The notes under the pieces: model-generated
Database searches by the model: none
What the model saw: only the letters and a program-made list of their open reading frames with translations
What the model was told of the DNA's origin: nothing
Origin: Eledone cirrhosa
Taxonomy: Eukaryota
Assembly (NCBI GenBank): GCA_964016885.1
Contig: OZ024764.1
Coordinates: forward strand, 15,128,001 to 15,192,000
DNA length: 64,000 nt
Reading direction: 5' to 3'
Part shown: one piece after another, positions 57,625 through 64,000 of the stretch
How positions within the stretch are numbered: the first letter of the stretch is position 1
Layout: every line of letters begins with the position of its first letter
Program-made: the position numbers and the translations under genes

Positions 57625-57852
57625 TCATCACGGTTTTACTTGCATCTTTCCATGCTAGCATGGGAATATATATATATGTATATGTATGTATGTGTGTGTG
57701 TGTGTGTGTGTGTATATAAATGTGTGTGTATATATAAACATGTGTGTGTATATATACAGGTGTTTGTATATATATATACATGTGTGTGTTTATGTATATA
57801 TATATATGTGTGTGTATGAATATGTGTATATATATATACATGTGTTTGTGTG

Positions 57853-57911
<59 letters not shown>

Positions 57912-58251
57912 GTATACACATACATATATATACATATATATTCATATATATATATGTACACTGACAAACACTTATGCCTTAAGTTACAACCGACCAGCAA
58001 ACAATATACCTCTATACCTCTATACACCTATACACCTATATACCTGTATACCTGTATACCTCTACCCCAGCAAGCTGGCATCCTGTGGGAGGTAATTGGT
58101 CTTAAAATGGAATGGTGAGGTGATAAACATTCTAAAATACCTGTTGAAATATCTTCACTGCATCTCATTCTTTCTTATTTATTTGCGGAAATAACAATTA
58201 GAAAAACAAAATCCTTACCTCCCAGTGACTTAATTTTATGTACAGCTTCGT

Positions 58252-59297
58252 TGGAGGCCAGCTAAACCTACATAGGTACGAGCTGTAACAACTTGATAGG
58301 ACTGGGGTCCCTATCATTAAAACATGAGAAACCTCCTATGAGATACAACCCTGTAGGAGGCCAGCTAAACCTACATAGGTGTGAGCTGTAACAACATGAT
58401 AGGACTGGGGTCTCTATCATTAAAACATCAGATAAACCTCCTATGAGATACAACCTTGTAGGAGGCCAGCTAAACCTACATAGGTACGAGCTGTAACAAC
58501 TTGATAGGACTGGGGTCCCCATCATTAAAACACCAGATAAACCTCCTATGAGATACAACCCTGTAGGAGGCCAGCTAAACCTACATAGGTGTGAGCTGTA
58601 ACAACATGATGGGACTGGGGTCCCTATCATTAAAACACCAGATAAACCTCCTATGAGATACAACCTTGTAGGAGGCCAGCTAAACCTACATAGGTACGAG
58701 CTGTAACAACTTGATAGGACTGGGGTCCCCATCATTAAAACACCAGATAAACCTCCTATGAGATACAACCCTGTAGGAGGCCAGCTAAACCTACATAGGT
58801 GTGAGCTGTAACAACATGATAGGACTGGGGTCTCTATCTTTAAAGCACCCAAGAAACCTCCTATGAGATACAACCCTGTAGGAGGCCAGCTAAACCTACA
58901 TAGGTGTGAGCTGTAACAACATGATAGGACTGGGGTCCCTATCATTAAAACACCAGATAAACCTCCTATGAGATACAACCCTGTAGGAGGCCAGCAAAAC
59001 CTACATAGGTGTGAGCTGTTACAACATGATAGGACTGGGGTCCCTATCATTAAAACACCAGATAAATCTTGTAGGAGGCCAGCTAAACCTACATAGGTGT
59101 GAGCTGTAACAACATGATAGGACTGGGGTCCCTATCATTAAAACACCAGATAAACCTCCTATGAGATACAACCTTGTAGGAGGCCAGCTAAACCTACAAA
59201 GGTGTGAGCTGTAACAACATGATAGGACTGGGGTCCCTATCATTAAAGCACCCAAGAAACCTCCTATGAGATACAACCTTGTAGGAGGCCAGCTAAA
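58252..59297. repeat. 105-bp minisatellite, ~10 copies, partly dimeric
   Basis: 35-aa periodicity; contains the SINE family 1 hairpin GATAGG.ACTGGGGTCCCTATC. Confidence 0.88.
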
Positions 59298-59311
59298 TAG
59301 TATATATATCG

Positions 59312-59360
<49 letters not shown>

Positions 59361-59509
59361 CTCTACAAATTAAACTGTCTCTATTACAGTTTATCTCATA
59401 TTCTCACACATATATATATATAGTTACATACAGATTGTTCCACATATAAATACACATACATGTAAACACACACACATATATATATATATAAAAACGTATT
59501 TGGTAATTA

Positions 59510-59551
<42 letters not shown>

Positions 59552-60573
59552 ATCAAAAGATGGTTAAAGGAGTTCTATGTATTTTATTATGCGCATTTCA
59601 AAAACAAACATATAACATGTTTGTTTTTGAAATGCGCATAATAAAATACATGGAACTCCTTTAACCATCTTTTGATCTTATATTATGCATACTCCAGTCC
59701 TACAAACTGTAGAGTGCTTCTTATCCGATATCTGCATTGCTTTATTGTACTACAATAAAACTCACCTCCTACATATATATATATATATAAATATATATAG
59801 GAAAATGAGGGGTTTTTTTTAAATGAAAAAAAAACAAGGTGTTCTACACAAGTGAAAGTATAAAGAAAAGAAATCGAAAATGTAACTGGAGTCTTTTTAA
59901 GAATATTTATTTATTTCCTTTACCGGTTTCACAGTAAAGGCTTTACCTCATAATATCTCACATAACATTTACATTACTCTATATATACTATTGTATTTTC
60001 ACAGTAAAGGCTTTACCTCATAATATCTCACATAACATTTACATTACTCTATATATACTATTGTATTTTCACAGTAAAGGCTTTACCTCACATAATATCT
60101 CACATACCATTTACATTACTCTATATATACTATTATATTTTCACAGTAAAGGCTTTACCTCACATAATATCTCACATAACATTTACATTACTCTATATAT
60201 ACTATTGTATTTTCACAGTAAAGGCTTTACCTCACATAATATCTCACATACCATTTACATTACTCTATATATACTATTATATTTTCACAGTAAAGGCTTT
60301 ACCTCACATAATATCTCACATAACATTTACATTACTCTATATATACTATTGTATTTTCACAGTAAAGGCTTTACCTCACATAATGTCTCACATACCATTT
60401 ACATTACTCTATATATACTATTGTATTTTCACAGTAATGGCTTTACCTCACATAATATCTCACATAACATTTACATTACTCTATATATACTATTGTATTT
60501 TCACAGTAAAGGCTTTACCTCACATAATATCTCACATAACATTTACATTACTCTATATATACTATTGTATTTT

Positions 60574-60773
60574 NNNNNNNNNNNNNNNNNNNNNNNNNNN
60601 NNNNNNNNNNNNNNNNNNNNNNNNNNNNNNNNNNNNNNNNNNNNNNNNNNNNNNNNNNNNNNNNNNNNNNNNNNNNNNNNNNNNNNNNNNNNNNNNNNNN
60701 NNNNNNNNNNNNNNNNNNNNNNNNNNNNNNNNNNNNNNNNNNNNNNNNNNNNNNNNNNNNNNNNNNNNNNNNN
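60574..60773. other. Assembly gap (200 N)
   Basis: N run next to the 72-bp array. Confidence 0.99.
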
Positions 60774-61271
60774 TACATAGACACATACACACACACATAG
60801 ATACATACAGACACATACATAGATATATATATATACATACACACACACACACATACATAGATACATACAGACACATACATACATACATAGAGAGACACAC
60901 ATACATAGATAGACAGACATACACACAGACACATACATACATAGAGAGACACACATACACACAGACACATACATACATAGAGAGACACACATACATAGAT
61001 AGACAGACATACACACATGCACACACATATATAGAGAGACAGACATACACACACATACATAGACAGATATAGACAGACACACACACATACATACATACAC
61101 AGACACACATACATACATAGACATAGACAGACATATACACATATATGCATAGACAGATATAGCCAGGCAAGGGTGGGATGGGTCCTATTCAGCACAGCAT
61201 CTCTCCATTTGTCACAGTCCCTCGTCATCTCCTCCGTGAGATTCAGCGATCTTAGGTCAGCTCTCACCACC

Positions 61272-61970
61272 ATAGTATCTAGAATAAGGACAGGTTGCAA
61301 GAAGTTTAGGGAGCTGCTTCCTCTGTTGATGAAGAAGGGTTTCTCCCTGCGTACGAAAGGCCGGTTATATGATGCCTGTGTGAGATGCGCGATGCTGCAT
61401 GGTAGTGAGACATGGGCAGCAATTGCGGAGGATATGCGACGGCTGGAGAGAAGTGAGGCAAGCATGCTCCGTTGGATGTGCAATGTCAATGTGTGTGAAC
61501 GACCAAGCATGGACGAGTTGAGAGAGAAACTGTGTCTGAGAGGGATAAGTTGTGGTGTGCGAGAGAGGAGACTGAGGTGGTATGGACATGTGATGTGTTG
61601 AGAGAGAAACTGTGTATAAGAGGGATAAGTTGTGGTGTGTGGGAGAGGAGACTGAGGTGGTATGGACATGTGATGTGTGGAGAGAGAAACTGTGTATAAG
61701 AGGGATAAGTTGTGGTGTGTGGGAGAGAAGGCTGAGGTGGTATGGACATGTGATGTGCATGGAGGATGACCGATGGGTGAAGAAGTGCCAAGAAATGCCA
61801 GTAGAGGAAGACCACAAAAAACATGGGCGGAGGTGGTGAGAGCAGACCTCAGATCGCTGAAGCTCACGGTGGAGATGACGAAGGACCGTGACAAGTGGAG
61901 AGATGCTGTGCTTAATAGTACCTGTCCAACCCTTGCAAGCAGGGAAGAGCAGACGTAAAATGATGATGAT
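61272..61970 (+). mobile_element. RTE LINE 3' fragment with three 80-bp units and (GAT)n tail
   Basis: KFRELLPLL..KGRLYDACVRCAMLHGSETW..RRLRWYGHV; tail GCAGACGTAAAATGATGATGAT. An inverted 3'-end piece lies at 61164-61271. Confidence 0.88.
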
Positions 61971-62021
61971 ATATATATATATATACAAAATATAAAACAA
62001 TCAAATCTTAATACATTTAAT

Positions 62022-62068
62022 TGCTGACAATTGTTTCTTCCAGACGAATGTCTGGAATCATCAGAGCA
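62022..62068 (-). ncRNA. Canonical type I hammerhead ribozyme (family E)
   Basis: TGCT-CTGATGA-TTCCAGAC(ATTC)GTCTGGAA-GAA-ACAATTGT-C-AGCA. All core residues present, GUC site, palindromic stem III. Confidence 0.85.
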
Positions 62069-62746
62069 TATACAATGTTTAAACAAGTAATTAAAATCCT
62101 AGTCTTCAGAACATTTATATAGATACATAACTATTGCCAGTGTTAGTGATATCATATTGGAAAGCAGGAGTTACAAAAGGATGTTGTTATACAGATATCA
62201 CAGTATATGGAGCAATGGTGGAAAGTGAAATATTGAGGATATTATATATAAAGATATTGTTTAAGGTAATACATGTGCAAAAGATACAAGCAAAAAAGGT
62301 GTAAGATAAGATAGATAAAAGATATCACAGCATTGAAAAGAAGGTAATATTAAGGGTTTATAATGCAGAATTTAATAAAGGCATGCATGAGGTAAGAGTT
62401 ATAAAATGAATAAATCAATCAAATTTCATACAGAGTGTTAAAACATGTTAAAAGTGTTAGAAATGTTTAAAATGTTAAAAAGGGATAGCGCTTAGTACTA
62501 CCCGCCATATTTATAATTATATATAAACCATTTATAAGTATAAATATTATTGTGGATTGGCAGTATCGGTAGAGGGTTCGGATGCCATGCTTTGACGCAT
62601 AGAGTTACGGCCCTTTCCATTCTGAGTTCAAATCCCGCCGAGGTTAACTTTGCCTTTCATCCTTTACGGGGTCGATAAAATAAAGTACCAGTAATGTACT
62701 GGGTAATTGCTGGCCTTGTGTCAAAAGTAGAAACAATTATTATTAC

Positions 62747-62777
<31 letters not shown>

Positions 62778-62809
62778 AGAACAAAAGATGGTTAAAGGAG
62801 TTCCATGTA

Positions 62810-62876
62810 TTTTATTATGCGCATTTCAAAAACAAACATCATCATGCAATAATATTTGTGTTTTCATCAGATAAAA
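62810..62876 (-). ncRNA. Type I hammerhead ribozyme (family H)
   Basis: TTTTAT-CTGATGA-AAACACAAATAT/ATGTTTGTTTTT-GAA-ATGCGCAT-A-ATAAAA. Confidence 0.8.
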
Positions 62877-63129
62877 CAGGAGGACATGATATGAAGGGTA
62901 AAAAACACTTGTGGATAGTGCAGTTTTAAATCAACATATATATAATAATAATATATATAATAATAATATATATAATAATAATATATATAATAATAATAAA
63001 ATACATGGAACTCCTTTAACCATCTTTTGTTCTTATATATTATATATACTCCAGTCCTACAAACTGTAGAGTGCTTCTTATCCGATATCTGCATTGCTTT
63101 ATTGTACTACAATAAAACTCACCTCCTAC

Positions 63130-63174
<45 letters not shown>

Positions 63175-63215
63175 AAATGAAAATCCGAAGGCAAGGTAAA
63201 ATTCCAATCATTTAA

Positions 63216-63430
63216 TCACGACACACGTTTCAATAAGAGATAGATCGATTGTGAAGCCATGATTGATTATCACTGATCTCATCATATGAGGGAATGAATT
63301 CTGTGAGAGAATATCGTTATTTTTCTCCCTCATATCAAGAATTTGAAGACAATTCATTTTCACCTGATGAGATCAGTGATAATCAATCATGGCTTCACAA
63401 TCGATCTATCTCTTATTGAGACATGTGATT
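63216..63430. ncRNA. Divergent pair of degenerate hammerheads (family I): 63216-63289 (-) and 63360-63430 (+)
   Basis: Consensus TCAC-CTGATGA-long stem II-GAAACGTGTGTC-GTGA. The minus copy has C3A; the plus copy has a damaged GAAA/stem III. Confidence 0.5.
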
Positions 63431-63623
63431 GGAATTTCACCTTGCCTTCGGATTTTCATTTTGATACTTATACTCCGTTTTACATCATCTAGCTGTTCCC
63501 TTGAATGGAATTGGAGATATACAAAAGCGTGGAGGACTTAATATTGCTAACATAAATTTATTGGACCATTTTACACAACCAATATTGCACCTTACTATAT
63601 AACTATATATATATATATATATA

Positions 63624-63960
63624 TGGAGGCACATGGCTTAGTTGTTAGAGCATTGGCCTTGCAATCGAAAGGTTGTGAGTTCAATTCTCAGACCGGGTGA
63701 TGTGTTGTTTCCTTGAGCAAGACACTTTATTTCACATTGCTCCAGTTTAGTCAGCTGTAGAAATGAGATGATAGGGACTGGGGTCCCTATCATTCCACTG
63801 CAAAGTGGTCGTGGAGGTGCCACGGCAAAAAAGCACCCAGCACTCACTGTAAATGAGGTTGGTGTTAGGAAGGGCATCCAGCTGTAGAAATCAAGCCAGA
63901 ACCAGTTCCTGTCCCACCCTTGCAAGCAGGGAGAGGCAGACGTAAAATGAAATGATGATA
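63624..63960 (+). mobile_element. SINE family 1, full length
   Basis: A/B boxes, core and RTE tail. Confidence 0.85.
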
Positions 63961-64000
63961 TTATATGTATTATCACATAATGAAGATATTACTAAATATT

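Noticed and set aside
61164-61271. Twin-priming 5' inversion of the adjacent LINE
   Set aside because: The inverted piece duplicates the 3' end and differs at many sites from 61830-61940, so it is more likely a separate insertion.

Overview
Repeat-saturated animal genomic DNA with (TA)n/(CA)n/(CCA)n microsatellites, tRNA-derived SINEs with RTE-type (GAT)n tails, RTE LINE fragments and one 200-N gap. The repeat families suggest an octopus genome (inference). Almost all long ORFs in the track are repeat artefacts. One real gene is visible on the minus strand: the 5' half of a CLC-6/CLC-7-type chloride/proton exchanger, with a TATA box at ~30845 and coding exons at 30669-30689, 11592-11750, 10074-10151, 3197-3259, 1695-1830 and probably 1-31. 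One of its introns starts with a U12-type GTATCCTTT donor. The most striking hidden signal is that the short unique islands between (TA)n tracts carry about 19 type-I hammerhead ribozyme motifs from roughly nine sequence families. They resemble those of Penelope-like element terminal repeats, and many sit in fold-back palindromes. Several palindromes invert exactly at the tip of hammerhead stem II, which points to ribozyme-hairpin-primed fold-back. A second theme is that most minisatellites here are internal pieces of SINEs, LINEs or MITEs amplified in place, with low-copy precursors present in the same window.
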